From: Candidatus Altimarinota bacterium
GTDB lineage: Bacteria; Patescibacteriota; Gracilibacteria; UBA4473
NCBI GenBank assembly: GCA_965231215.1
Contig: OZ246423.1
Span: 854,699-918,698, forward strand
Length of the DNA stretch: 64,000 nucleotides
Direction of reading: 5' to 3'
Shown: positions 36,184-46,700 of the stretch, in pieces
Layout: each line of letters opens with the position of its first letter
Numbering within the stretch: the stretch's first letter is position 1
Program-made: the position numbers and the translations under genes
Notes under the pieces: generated by a model
The model's database searches: none
What the model saw: the letters and a program-made list of their open reading frames with translations, nothing else
Told to the model about the DNA's origin: nothing

Positions 36184-37278
36184 ATGCAAGAAGCAACGGA
36201 GCAGAGTGGTTTTGAGATTCCTGAGTCGATTAATGAAAACTCAGTGGCTCTTTTTATGGCTGAACATCCAGATTTGCACTCGGGAGTTCCACTTAATATA
36301 ACTAAAGGAATCGCCTTTTTTTTAGTAAAAAAAGACTATTTGAATTCAGAAAATTTTTTAGCCGTTACTGCTAGAGCTGTGAAGCTTATCAATACTTTAT
36401 ATTCTTTGATAGGAGAGGACTACTTTAAGTCTAATGTCTTTAGGTATGTTACTGATCGTGAGAACCCATTTGAGGTCTTGGACAGTATTAAAAGTAATGC
36501 GCAGTTCTGGGTTGATATTTATGGGCCGGATTTTTTTAAACGTTATAGTCCTCGTTCAAAAGAGCGAAAAACGCAACTAAGAGCTGATATTGATGATGAT
36601 TTTTATTTATCGGCTAAAGGGGGTAACGGTGTGACTAATTTTGGCTTAGATTTGGCTATTGGGGTAAAGTCTCATAAAGTGGCTCCTAATATTCCGAAAG
36701 GGGAGATTTGGCGAATGGGGATGGATACTGAGGTAGTTGAGGATGAACGAATCTTAAGAGTGATTCAGAGTGGATCAGGCGTTCGCCAATCAGCCAAAGG
36801 GTTCGAAGATAAGTCGAAAATGTTTGATAAGTTTAAGAAGCGCTACAAGATTACGCCGCAACGATTATTGGCTTTAATGTCACTGTATGTTGGACATGAT
36901 TTGGGATTTGAGCGTGCCCGATCGGTAACACTTTATGGTATTCGGCAAAAGCGTTTAAATTTGACTCAAGGAAGTTGGATTAACTTTGACTATGATGGCC
37001 TATTTGGGGGTGTTGGATTTCAGAAAACTGACAGTCTTATTTGGAGGGAAACCAACGTTGGTAAGGGATTTTATGATGGCTTAACTGGCAGAGATGGTAG
37101 TTGTTCAGGGCTACAGATACATGAAGTTAAGGCTTTAGATTTAGCCATCAGATCTTTTAATGAATTAAGAGATGTTCTAGATGAAACCCATAGAAATCCA
37201 ATTAGGCTATGTGAAGATGACACCCGAGAGTCTGTGGCAGAGGCGATGAAAGCTTTTGCGAAAATTCATAGAAAATAA
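36184..37278 (+). CDS. Hypothetical protein (364 aa)
   Basis: Long ORF with no TM helix, no signal peptide and no recognisable motif. A strong terminator follows. Confidence 0.55.
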   Translation: MQEATEQSGFEIPESINENSVALFMAEHPDLHSGVPLNITKGIAFFLVKKDYLNSENFLAVTARAVKLINTLYSLIGEDYFKSNVFRYVTDRENPFEVLDSIKSNAQFWVDIYGPDFFKRYSPRSKERKTQLRADIDDDFYLSAKGGNGVTNFGLDLAIGVKSHKVAPNIPKGEIWRMGMDTEVVEDERILRVIQSGSGVRQSAKGFEDKSKMFDKFKKRYKITPQRLLALMSLYVGHDLGFERARSVTLYGIRQKRLNLTQGSWINFDYDGLFGGVGFQKTDSLIWRETNVGKGFYDGLTGRDGSCSGLQIHEVKALDLAIRSFNELRDVLDETHRNPIRLCEDDTRESVAEAMKAFAKIHRK

Positions 37279-37307
37279 AAAGACCGCCAACTTGGCGGTC
37301 TTTTTTT
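37277..37307. terminator. Bidirectional rho-independent terminator (36184-37278 on +, tuf on -)
   Basis: AAAA, AGACCGCCA-ACT-TGGCGGTCT hairpin, TTTTTT. Confidence 0.8.
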
Positions 37308-37327
37308 ATAGTTAAGCGGTCTAAGAA

Positions 37328-38524
37328 CTACTTAAGAATTTTAGTTGCTACTCCGGCTCCTACAGTTCGACCTCCTTCTCGGATGGCGAATCGAGTTCCT
37401 TCGTTAAGGGCAATAGCTTTTCCAAGTGTTACTTTGAATTTAGCGTTGTCCCCAGGCATAACCATTTCAACTCCGTCTGGAAGGTGAATTTCACCAGTCA
37501 CATCCGTAGTTCGGATAAAGAATTGAGGTTTGTAGCCTTTGAAGAATGGAGTGTGTCGTCCTCCTTCTTCTTTTTTAAGTACGTATACTTCAGCTTCAAA
37601 TTCAGTATGTGGTGTGATAGTTCCAGGTTTAGCCAGTACTTGTCCACGTTCAATATCTTCTCGTTCAACCCCTCGTAGTAGAAGACCGGCATTATCTCCA
37701 GCTTCTCCTTGGTCTAGAAGTTTTCGGAACATTTCTACTCCAGTAACAGTCGTAGAGGTAGTGTCTTTAAGTCCTACAATTTCAATAGTATCACCCACTT
37801 TAATGATTCCTTGTTCAATACGTCCAGTAGCCACGGTACCTCGTCCTTTAATAGAGAATACATCTTCAACTGGCATAAGGAAGTCTTTATCAGTGTCTCG
37901 TTTTGGTTCTGGAATTTCAGAATCAAGAGCATCTAGAAGTTCTTTAACTTTGTCTCCCCATTCGCCTCCTGGTTCTTCAAGTGCTTTAAGGGCAGATCCA
38001 TGAACGATGATAGCGTTATCACCATCGTATTCTCGTTTAGAAAGTTCTTCTCGAATTTCCATTTCAACCAGTTCGATCATTTCAGCGTCATCAACCATGT
38101 CACATTTGTTCAGGAAGACCACGATTTTTTCTACCCCTACTTGCCGAGCCAGAAGGATGTGTTCTTTAGTTTGCGGCATTGGACCATCAGTCGCAGCACA
38201 CACAAGGATGGCTCCGTCCATTTGGGCGGCACCCGTAATCATGTTTTTAACGTAATCGGCATGACCAGGACAATCTACATGAGCGTAGTGACGTCCTTCG
38301 GTTTCATACTCTTGATGAGAAGTAGCAATAGTAATACCTCGAGCTTTTTCTTCTGGAGCGTTATCAATTTGATCGAAAGCTACAGATTTGTTACCCGGAA
38401 GGTCTGGATAACGATTGTGAGCTACAGCTGTAATAGCGGCAGTCAAAGTTGTTTTACCGTGATCCACGTGACCGATAGTTCCCACGTTCACGTGCGGTTT
38501 GGTTCTTTGGTAAGCATCTGACAT
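37328..38524 (-). CDS. tuf: Elongation factor Tu
   Basis: [24 protein letters not shown] and NKCD motifs; 398 aa. Confidence 0.97.
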   Translation of the reverse strand: MSDAYQRTKPHVNVGTIGHVDHGKTTLTAAITAVAHNRYPDLPGNKSVAFDQIDNAPEEKARGITIATSHQEYETEGRHYAHVDCPGHADYVKNMITGAAQMDGAILVCAATDGPMPQTKEHILLARQVGVEKIVVFLNKCDMVDDAEMIELVEMEIREELSKREYDGDNAIIVHGSALKALEEPGGEWGDKVKELLDALDSEIPEPKRDTDKDFLMPVEDVFSIKGRGTVATGRIEQGIIKVGDTIEIVGLKDTTSTTVTGVEMFRKLLDQGEAGDNAGLLLRGVEREDIERGQVLAKPGTITPHTEFEAEVYVLKKEEGGRHTPFFKGYKPQFFIRTTDVTGEIHLPDGVEMVMPGDNAKFKVTLGKAIALNEGTRFAIREGGRTVGAGVATKILK

Positions 38525-38584
38525 TTTAGATGTGGGTTAAGAGAAATAAATAAAATGTAAAATAAAGATGATTTTAACGGGCCG

Positions 38585-38612
38585 ATTCTAAAAATGGGCA
38601 GGGTTTTGTCAA
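38585..38612 (-). promoter_or_regulatory. Putative tuf promoter
   Basis: On the minus strand: TTGACA (38607-38612), 16 nt spacer, TAGAAT (38585-38590). Confidence 0.45.
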
Positions 38613-38633
38613 AGTTTTTTTTGAGCCTAACCA

Positions 38634-39278
38634 TTATAGTAAATAGTCGGGCAGTTCCAAGATATTATTGAGTACTTTTTTGCTTTTCGAAAAATCTTGG
38701 CTTTGAGTCAGTTCTGTAGGGATGACCCAACACTCAATTCCAGCTTTAGTGGCCGCCTCTAAACCTCTGGCAGAATCCTCAATAACTAAGGCTTCTTCAG
38801 GCTTTACTCCAGCTTTTTGCAATGCGAGCAGATAAGGTTCTGGGTCTGGTTTGGTATGCTTAACATCTGCTTGATCTACTACAAAATCAATATAATTGAG
38901 GCATTGGGTTTGGGCGTGAATGAGCTGAAAGTGCTCCCGTTCAGACCCCGTGACAATTCCAAGAGTGTATTTTTGAGACTGATGAAGTTGTTTGAGTATA
39001 TCTTCAGCTCCAGGAAGGCTTTTGAGTTGGGTTCTAATAAAACGGCTATAAAGATCATCCCTCTTTTTTCTCAGGGATGGAGCGGCTGATGTATCGGCTC
39101 CTTGCTGGGTTAAAAACCCCGCTATTCCAGTACAGTGTGACATAAAATGTTGAGCGTAATCCTTTCTGGTAAAATCAAATCCCTGTTCGGCGAGAGCGTC
39201 TTGGGTGGCCTTGCAATAAAGCTCTTCGGTATCAACCAAGATTCCATCGTTATCAAAGAAAATAGCTTTCTTATTCAT
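38634..39278 (-). CDS. HAD-superfamily hydrolase (subfamily IA, beta-phosphoglucomutase/phosphatase-like)
   Basis: FFDNDGILVDTE (DxD motif I), IVTGS and EDSARG motifs. Confidence 0.75.
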   Translation of the reverse strand: MNKKAIFFDNDGILVDTEELYCKATQDALAEQGFDFTRKDYAQHFMSHCTGIAGFLTQQGADTSAAPSLRKKRDDLYSRFIRTQLKSLPGAEDILKQLHQSQKYTLGIVTGSEREHFQLIHAQTQCLNYIDFVVDQADVKHTKPDPEPYLLALQKAGVKPEEALVIEDSARGLEAATKAGIECWVIPTELTQSQDFSKSKKVLNNILELPDYLL

Positions 39279-40518
39279 TTAGCGGGGTTATAGTGATGGT
39301 TTTTTCAATGTAAGCAACGAGATCATCTACCGCTCTTTCAAGATCAAATTCATTCGCATAAAATCGAATAGTATAATCGCCTGGAGTCGTATAGGTATGG
39401 CTTCCTAGTGGGATGATAGTAGATTTTAGCCTGCAGCCTTCTTTGGAGATATCGGCTTGAGCGTAGTCGTCTCTCGTATTTTTAGAGTTATCACCCCAAT
39501 CAACTTTGTATTTTAGACAGGTGGGATGGTACGCATTATAAAAAAGCTCAATGGTGTTTTTGCCTTTAGATTTAAAGGTAAATCGATCATTGATACTGGG
39601 GGTTTCGATTTTTCCAATCAGTGCAAACCAATCACTTTCATCTGAGCTGAGAATTTTGTTTTGAGAAATAAGATCCACAACAATTTTGAAATCATTTTTG
39701 TTCTTGAGAAGTTTTTCCAGGTAGAGGGGTTTATTGAGATTTCCTAAAAGCCTAGTGCGAACCTCTCCCTCGTAAGAAACAGGATGAGTTTGTCTCAGGA
39801 TGACATCGCTATCTCGGTTTATAAGTTTGATTTCTACCCGGGAAGGGCGCAGGGTTTTTACGTGCATCACTATTTCTGGAAAAGACTCATAGCCGTAAAC
39901 GGATTTAAAATCTTGGGTCTCGAGGGTGACCTCGGAGGTGCCATCGCCATCGGTTCCGGGTAAAACCAAGACACTCTCTTGACCTTTCCAATCGATAACA
40001 GGGCTCTTTGTTGCGTCTGGATGCCAGAGTTTAGCGGTGACTAGATACGTTCCAGAAGTGTTGTAAGTATGGGAAAGATTTAAGGCACAAGAATCTCCAT
40101 CCTCCCAGTGCCCTTTGGAACCATCTCCCCAATCAATCATAAAGCCACAGCCAAACAAGGGGTGGACTGAGCCTTCTCTTAAATTGGTAAGTTCTGTTGG
40201 CCCGGTGACACTTACTGAGATTGGAGCGGTGCCACCTTTATCACTGAGTTGGAGGACTTTCGCACTCAGCGGAATTGGATCGGCTTTAGAGGTCTCAGGA
40301 GGCGTTTTTTTAGGAGTGGATTTGGGTTGAGAACGAACTTCTTCTGGGGGAGCAGAAGTTGTTTCAGGCTCAGTTTTGATTGGTTGTGTTTGAGATAATT
40401 CTAGTTTGGGGGAAGGCTTAGGGCCTTCCGGTGGATGTAAAAAATCAATCACTTTAAAAAAGTAAAGTCCCACCCCTATCAGAGCGCAGAGCACAAAGCC
40501 AAGAAGAAATCCTTTCAT
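39271..40518 (-). CDS. Membrane-anchored extracellular protein with two PKD-like (DWGDGS) domains
   Basis: N-terminal TM helix MKGFLLGFVLCALIGVGLYFF, a Pro/Thr/Lys-rich stalk, then IDWGDGSKGHW ... HTYNTSGTY and VDWGDNSKN ... HTYTTPGDY. Confidence 0.6.
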   Translation of the reverse strand: MKGFLLGFVLCALIGVGLYFFKVIDFLHPPEGPKPSPKLELSQTQPIKTEPETTSAPPEEVRSQPKSTPKKTPPETSKADPIPLSAKVLQLSDKGGTAPISVSVTGPTELTNLREGSVHPLFGCGFMIDWGDGSKGHWEDGDSCALNLSHTYNTSGTYLVTAKLWHPDATKSPVIDWKGQESVLVLPGTDGDGTSEVTLETQDFKSVYGYESFPEIVMHVKTLRPSRVEIKLINRDSDVILRQTHPVSYEGEVRTRLLGNLNKPLYLEKLLKNKNDFKIVVDLISQNKILSSDESDWFALIGKIETPSINDRFTFKSKGKNTIELFYNAYHPTCLKYKVDWGDNSKNTRDDYAQADISKEGCRLKSTIIPLGSHTYTTPGDYTIRFYANEFDLERAVDDLVAYIEKTITITPLNE

Positions 40519-40651
40519 TTTTGTTTGTGCTTATTGTACCAGAAATAAATTTAGTACTTTATTTTTTTGTATTGTTTTAATAATTCATGAGTAAGTTTAG
40601 GGTCTTGTGGGTTCCCTAAACGAAGCGAATTCAATATTTTAAGGGGTTTTG

Positions 40652-40676
40652 CGTAAGGGGAAGCATTCCCCTTACG
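40652..40676. other. Perfect 10-bp hairpin just downstream of guaA (possible terminator, no U-tract)
   Basis: CGTAAGGGGA-AGCAT-TCCCCTTACG. Confidence 0.3.
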
Positions 40677-40681
40677 AATGT

Positions 40682-42598
40682 TTACTCCCACTCAATAGTG
40701 CCTGGAGGTTTAGAAGTAACGTCTAAAAATACGGCAGAAACCTCATCATCTTCTAAGATTTCAGTGGACACTTGTTCAAAAAATTCCCAAGGAAGTTTCC
40801 CCACACTGGCACTCATCGCATCAATAGAGTCAATAGGCCTGAGGATGATAGATTCTTTACCGCTGTGGTTAAAGTTTATGGGCGCCAATACTACTGGAAA
40901 TTGCCAGACGTCATTGTAGAGACCCATGGATTGCAGTTTAGAAGTCACAATATGATCAGCCCTTTGGAGTCGAGCCACCCTGGTTTCGTCTACAAAAGAC
41001 TTTTCAACATTCATGACCTTAATAGAACCTTCGTAGTTTTTTCCCAGTAGTTTCACGCACCGGTTAATTTCGGTGTAGTGATTGATGAGTTTGGTAGAGA
41101 GGTTCTCTAGTTTAGAAATATCGGTGTCCTGAACCGTCAATAATCCTGGATGGCGGTAGGTTCGAAAATCTCCCTGAACCCCTACTGATTTTAGTGGTAA
41201 AACCTGGAATGGTTTTTGGCTGGTCTGCAGGGTGAAGGCTTCTACCTTTGGAGCATTGATTTCCTCTATGTTTTCTCCTGCACATAAAATTCTTACTCCC
41301 AATCCAGGGCCTGGGAAGGGATGCCTCCAGACGAGTTCATGAGGCAGTCCCATAAGTTCTCCAAGAGCTCGAACTTCATCTTTATAGAGATCAGAAAGAG
41401 GTTCTATGACTTTACCTTCATCGATAAGTTTTTGGATTTCAGGGACCCGGTTGTGATGCGTTTTAATCTTGGCAGAATTTTTGGTGCCGCCCGTTTCTAT
41501 CGTATCGGGATAGATAGTTCCTTGAGCTAAAAGCCACTCTGTTTGAGGAATTTCGGCGTTATCGTCTGCGGTACTCCCTCGCCCTATTGATTCATAGGGC
41601 TCAGTCTGTTCCTCGTCGCTGCCTTGAACTTCACTCAAACCTAGGGCTTTTCCGTGCTGCGCGAAAAAGTTTCGTTGGACCTCTAAAAAAGTATTTCCAA
41701 TGATTTCTCGTTTAGCTTCTGGATCGTACATATCCTTGAGATTACCGAGGAATCTGTCTGACTCTCGCATAACGGTGAGGTTGGCCCCGATGTCGGTAAG
41801 GGCTTTCTCTACATATTCAACTTCGTCTTGTCGCAGGAGGCCGGTATCTACAAAGAGACCTTGGACTTTGTCGGCCCCCAAAATTTTAGAAAGTAAGGCA
41901 AAAGCAACGGTTGAGTCCACTCCGCCAGAAACAAAGAGGACAATGTGTTTATCACCAATTTGTTTTTTGAGTTTGGCTTGATGGGCTTCATAAAACTTTT
42001 CAATGGTCCAGTCACCGCTGACTTGGCAGATATCCAGAAAATTTTGGAGGATTAGGTGACCGTATTCTGAATGGGTTACCTCTGGATGAAACTGAATTCC
42101 AAAAAGGTTTTTGGTAGGATGCCACACAGCGGCGTTAGGGCAGAGATCTGTATCTCCACAACCTTCAAACCCGGCTCCTATTTCGGATACTTCATCTCCG
42201 TGGCTCATCCAGAAGGTAGAGGTCGTGGGAATATTTTTAAAAAGAGGGCATTGGCCGTTATGAGTGAGTTCAGCTCGTCCAAATTCTTTTCCAGAGTCTT
42301 TGCCAGGAACTACTTTTCCACCGGTGGCTTGGTTGAGGAACTGGTGTCCATAACAGATACCAAGAACCGGTTTGCCCAGTTCAAAAATAGCCCGATCGCA
42401 TGAAGCACTCCCTTCATCATATACACTTTGTGGTCCTCCAGAGAGGATGATGCCCTTAATGAGATCATCTTGGAAAAACGCTAAATCCACTTCATCGGGC
42501 TGATGAATTTCTGCCAGGACATTTTCTCTTCGTATCCGGCTAGCAATCAGGTGAGCGTATTGTCCGCCAAAATCGAGAATGATGATCTTTTCGTTCAT
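40682..42598 (-). CDS. guaA: GMP synthase (glutamine-hydrolysing), long form
   Basis: GATase1 (ILDFGGQYAHLIA, GICYGHQ), ATP-PPase (VLFVSGGVDSTV) and C-terminal PPGTIEWE. At 638 aa it carries extra segments relative to the usual ~520 aa bacterial form. Confidence 0.9.
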   Translation of the reverse strand: MNEKIIILDFGGQYAHLIASRIRRENVLAEIHQPDEVDLAFFQDDLIKGIILSGGPQSVYDEGSASCDRAIFELGKPVLGICYGHQFLNQATGGKVVPGKDSGKEFGRAELTHNGQCPLFKNIPTTSTFWMSHGDEVSEIGAGFEGCGDTDLCPNAAVWHPTKNLFGIQFHPEVTHSEYGHLILQNFLDICQVSGDWTIEKFYEAHQAKLKKQIGDKHIVLFVSGGVDSTVAFALLSKILGADKVQGLFVDTGLLRQDEVEYVEKALTDIGANLTVMRESDRFLGNLKDMYDPEAKREIIGNTFLEVQRNFFAQHGKALGLSEVQGSDEEQTEPYESIGRGSTADDNAEIPQTEWLLAQGTIYPDTIETGGTKNSAKIKTHHNRVPEIQKLIDEGKVIEPLSDLYKDEVRALGELMGLPHELVWRHPFPGPGLGVRILCAGENIEEINAPKVEAFTLQTSQKPFQVLPLKSVGVQGDFRTYRHPGLLTVQDTDISKLENLSTKLINHYTEINRCVKLLGKNYEGSIKVMNVEKSFVDETRVARLQRADHIVTSKLQSMGLYNDVWQFPVVLAPINFNHSGKESIILRPIDSIDAMSASVGKLPWEFFEQVSTEILEDDEVSAVFLDVTSKPPGTIEWE

Positions 42599-42739
42599 GG
42601 GTTGATGGTAAAGATTTTTTCAAATTTGGAAATACGGAGTTTGTACTTTAGAACTCTGAATCATGCCTGAAAGGGGAACGAGTATTGAGCGTAGATTTTT
42701 AAAAATCTGGCAAGTTGACCGGATAATCAAGAGTACAGG

Positions 42740-43723
42740 TTAAACTTTTTTATACTGCATCCACAAGTCATTGCCTAAATTTTGAGTTTCAGTTAATTCG
42801 AAACTTTTCAAATCTAATTCTTTGCTAAAAGTGGGTTTTTTATCATTTCCTAAAAAGAGAGGTGCGGTAAAGATTTGGATTTCATCAACGATTCCTAAAT
42901 TTAGAAGTTTGGTATTCATTGCTCCTCCACATTCGGTCATGAGAGAGTCTCTATTTTTTTCGATGCAATAGGGGATGAGTTCCTCCACATTATCGACTCG
43001 ATGAATGGCTCTTCCTGGAAGCGCAAAAATTTTGGCTTCTTGTGGTATTTCACTTTTTCCTAAAATAATAATTTCTCCGTCAGAGGCGGGGTGGCTTAAT
43101 GTTTTCTCGAGCCTACAGTTAAGGCATGGGTCATCTTTTCTTATAGTTTCGGTTGTAGTTAAAATTGCCGAATATGCGGCTCGCATCTGGTGCACTTTTT
43201 GCCGCGAAATTTCATTCGTGATGTATTGTGTGTCACTGGTGATTTTTCCATCCAAGCTCTGGGCTATTTTGAGCGTGATGTATGGTTTTTTCTGGGTAAT
43301 CCAGGTTTCAAAAAAAGGATTAAGCCCTTCACAGTCTTTATTTGGGAGGAGCTCAATATCAAGGCCTTTGGCTTTAAGTTTTTTTATATTTTCACCTTTG
43401 AAATGCGGATCTATCGATCCTACCCATACTTTTTTTGGCTGCATTTTAACAATCAAATCACTGCAGCTTGGGGTTTTTTTCCCGTGAAAGTGATCACAGG
43501 GTTCTAGGGTAATAAACATCTCTAAATCTTGAGTTGTAGTATCCAAATGTTCATAGGCCATTCTTTCCGCGTGATCTTGCCCAAAAGCTACATGCACTCC
43601 CTGAGACACAACCTGCCCGTGACTGGTCAAAATACAGCCGACTCTTGGGTTAGGGGCGGTTCTATGTGGATCAATTTGAGCGGCTAGTTGTGCGGCTTTG
43701 GTGAGGAAGTCTTGAGGGTTCAT
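42740..43723 (-). CDS. ribD: Bifunctional riboflavin biosynthesis protein RibD (deaminase/reductase)
   Basis: HAERMA ... LEPCDHFHGKKTPSC zinc deaminase motifs plus a C-terminal reductase-like half. Confidence 0.75.
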   Translation of the reverse strand: MNPQDFLTKAAQLAAQIDPHRTAPNPRVGCILTSHGQVVSQGVHVAFGQDHAERMAYEHLDTTTQDLEMFITLEPCDHFHGKKTPSCSDLIVKMQPKKVWVGSIDPHFKGENIKKLKAKGLDIELLPNKDCEGLNPFFETWITQKKPYITLKIAQSLDGKITSDTQYITNEISRQKVHQMRAAYSAILTTTETIRKDDPCLNCRLEKTLSHPASDGEIIILGKSEIPQEAKIFALPGRAIHRVDNVEELIPYCIEKNRDSLMTECGGAMNTKLLNLGIVDEIQIFTAPLFLGNDKKPTFSKELDLKSFELTETQNLGNDLWMQYKKV

Positions 43724-43734
43724 GTGAGGTGCTG

Positions 43735-46700
43735 TTAAAATCGCACTGTCTGAGCATCAATCCGGTTAAAATTTGGCTGACCTTTGAGTTTCACATAGAG
43801 CGTAATATTGACGTTGCCTCGAGTTGTTCCTTTGGCAACAAAGACTTGTTTGTATTTGGTGATATCAGTCCATTTTTCATCCAGTAATATTTTTTCTGGT
43901 TGACTAATAACCACCTGTGCGGCTTCAACGGTTTCAGGTTTAGGGAACACCATTTCTACCGACAAGGTTCTGAATTGTTTATCTACCTTCAAAATACTTG
44001 GGTTTTTAGCCTCAATAAGGCCTTCACGAGTAATCTGAATCGGAATAGATTTTTCGCTCAAATTGTCATGAATATCCCAAGCGCGGATCATGAGGAAGGT
44101 TCGTCCCATGCGTTCGGGAGCCTCAAAGTTTCTCGTAAATGGAGCTTGAGTGTTGGTTCCTAAGCTCTGGTTATTTACAAAAAATTCGGCTTTGCTGACC
44201 CGAGATTGATGGTCTTTGATATCGGCTAAAATTTGAATATTGGAATTAATCGGAATATTTTGATTGGCTAGTGGACCGAGGAAAATGATTTCTGGCCCCG
44301 CCGTATCTTGCTCTACATTTACTCGTACCTCATCTTCTCCGGCGGCGAGATTGGCCGAAATAGCCACGGCTCGAATAGTATGGCTAGAACCCAAATCCGT
44401 GTCTTCTGGAATACTAAATCTTCCAGTGAATGGAGGCTTTTGGGCTCGGTAAATGAGTTCATCGTCAAAGTAGTATTCTACGACCTGAATGTTTTGTGGA
44501 TGATAGTTGATTTGAACTTCAACTTCCCCTGGGGTAATGGTATTTCTTGGACTCAAAATAGAGACTTCTGGCGGGTTGGCTTTGGTTTCAAATTGACTCC
44601 AATCAATAGTCCCTTCACGTTTCATCATGTTTCTCAGTTTTCGCTGCATAAAGGGAGGCAGGTCTTTGAAATAACTTTCGGTCAGGTCGTTCATTGGATC
44701 TTTAGAATTTTCTGCATCATCTTCGTCTTTTGGCGTGTCCATTTCTACCCCGAGAGTGGCAAAGAAAAGTGGATGTTCTTGAATCCATTTTTCTACGGGT
44801 TCAATCCAATTTGGCAGGTCTGGGCGAAGTGAAGTAAGGGAGAGTATAGGGAGTGTTTTTTTGGCAAAGGCCGGTGTACGAAAATCCGCCTTTTCCCCAT
44901 TAAAGATATTAATAGTTTTTACGGCTACCGAATCATCGAGTTCTGTAGGCTGGTTAAAGCTGGCAAAGTATTCTGTGACTTTGAGGTTTTCTGGTGTTTG
45001 ATCTGTGGCTAGTTTTCCTGATAACCGATTAATTTCCATAGCCAATAGGGCTTTAGATTCAAGGTATGGCTTGTCTTTGTCCCCCCCCCGCTCTTTAATG
45101 AGTTGGTCATGAGCTCCTTCCATAAAGTTTTTCCAGAGTGGGGCGGCTACAGTCAGTCCAGTAGCTCCGGATTTCATAGGTTTACCACGATTATTTCCTA
45201 CCCAAAAGCCAGTTACCAAATGTGGAGAAAACCCAATAGTCCACGAATCTCCTGGGACAGTAATGAATTTTCGGTTTTCGTCTGATTCTGGTTCGGCTTC
45301 ATTAAAGGCTGGATTTTTAGCGACTCGGTTAGAAGTTCCGGTTTTGGCTCCATTGTTAATCCCTTCTATCTGCAAGAAATTATTCCAGTCAAAGTCATTA
45401 GTGGTGGGTCTTGAAGTTTCATCAGTTAATACGTTGCGTACCAAGGCGGCTACTTCGGGATCTACGGCTTCTTTTTGGTTTTGAGTGTTATCGACTTTTT
45501 CCAGGACTTTCCCTTCAGCATTCCTGATTTCCAAGATGGCAGAAGGGGGGAAGTAGGTTCCGTCATTAGTAAAAGTCTGATAAGCAGAAATGTGAGAGAG
45601 CGGTTCTACTTCGGCTACTCCTACCCCAATAGCGACTCCATGAGTATCCGCATCACCCTCGTATTTGATGCCCATTTTTCCTGCCATTTCTAGTACTTTG
45701 TTAGGCGTGGCAAGAACGGCCATTTTTACAGCCGGGATATTGAGACTCCGATTTAAAGATTCTCGGAAAGAAACTGGACCACTAAAACTTTCATCAAAAT
45801 TTTGTGGTGTATATCCAGCTCCAAAATCAGTTTTGACATCAAACACCACCGTGCCTGGAGCATACCCAGCTTCAAATCCCGCAGCGTACACTATTGGTTT
45901 AAAGCTTGATCCTGGTTGGCGAGAGGAAGTCAGCACATCTACCTGTCCGTCACTTTCGGTATCAAAGAAATTTTTCCCTCCGATGTAGGCGAGGATTTCT
46001 CCATTATCTGGATTGATACTGGTCATAGCTACATTTTCTGCGCCGTAAGTACCGACGTAGTGAGCGGTTTTTTCTTTTACCAAAGTCTCAGCCAAATTTT
46101 GAAGATCTGGGTCTAGCGTGGTGTAGATTCTTAACCCTCCTTGGTCTAGGAATTCTTTTCCGTATTTTTCTTCCAGTCTTTCTCGTACATAAAATACAAA
46201 GTGAGGAGCTTTGATATCAGTTCGGGCACGTTTGAATTCGAGTTCCAAACTTTCAGCCCAGGCCTGGTTGAACTGATCTGAAGTCACATAACCCAACTCT
46301 AACATTCGTTGAAGGACTATGTCTTTTCTCCCTTTTTTATAAGTTCGTGGTCCTTTTGGTTTGGCTTTTTCATCGGCTTCCTCAGCGGACTCTTCGGCAA
46401 CATCAGAGGTTTGGTTTTCCTCTGCGGCTCGGGCTTCGGCCTCAGTGCTGAATTCTTCATATTCATAAAATCCCATTAAGAGATCTTTGTTTGATCCGTA
46501 AGGGCTAAACCGTGTTGGCGCTACGGGGATACTGGCCAGTATAGCACTTTCAGCGATGGTCAGGTCACGAGCGGATTTTCCAAAATAGGTTCGAGCCGCC
46601 GCCTCGATCCCGTAGGCATTGTTACCGTACGAGATTTTATTGAGATAGAGTTCTAAAATTTCATCTTTGGTATAATGCCATTCTAGTTTTATGGCAATGA

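Noticed and set aside
37484-38521. Several long plus-strand ORFs (37539-38003, 38000-38521, 38007-38255) lie opposite tuf. Similar antisense ORFs lie opposite rplB (32359-33000), ribD (43005-43487), the PBP gene, guaA and the fibre genes (for example 59313-59681, His/Arg-rich).
   Set aside because: They lie entirely inside strongly supported genes on the other strand. Their translations are low-complexity or odd in composition with no recognisable motifs. They are typical shadow ORFs.
42599-43734. FMN riboswitches upstream of ribD and ribE, or a purine riboswitch upstream of guaA.
   Set aside because: ribD starts 11 nt after the PBP gene stop and ribE 8 nt after rpe, so there is no leader. 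The 140-nt guaA leader shows none of the conserved purine riboswitch core sequences by eye.
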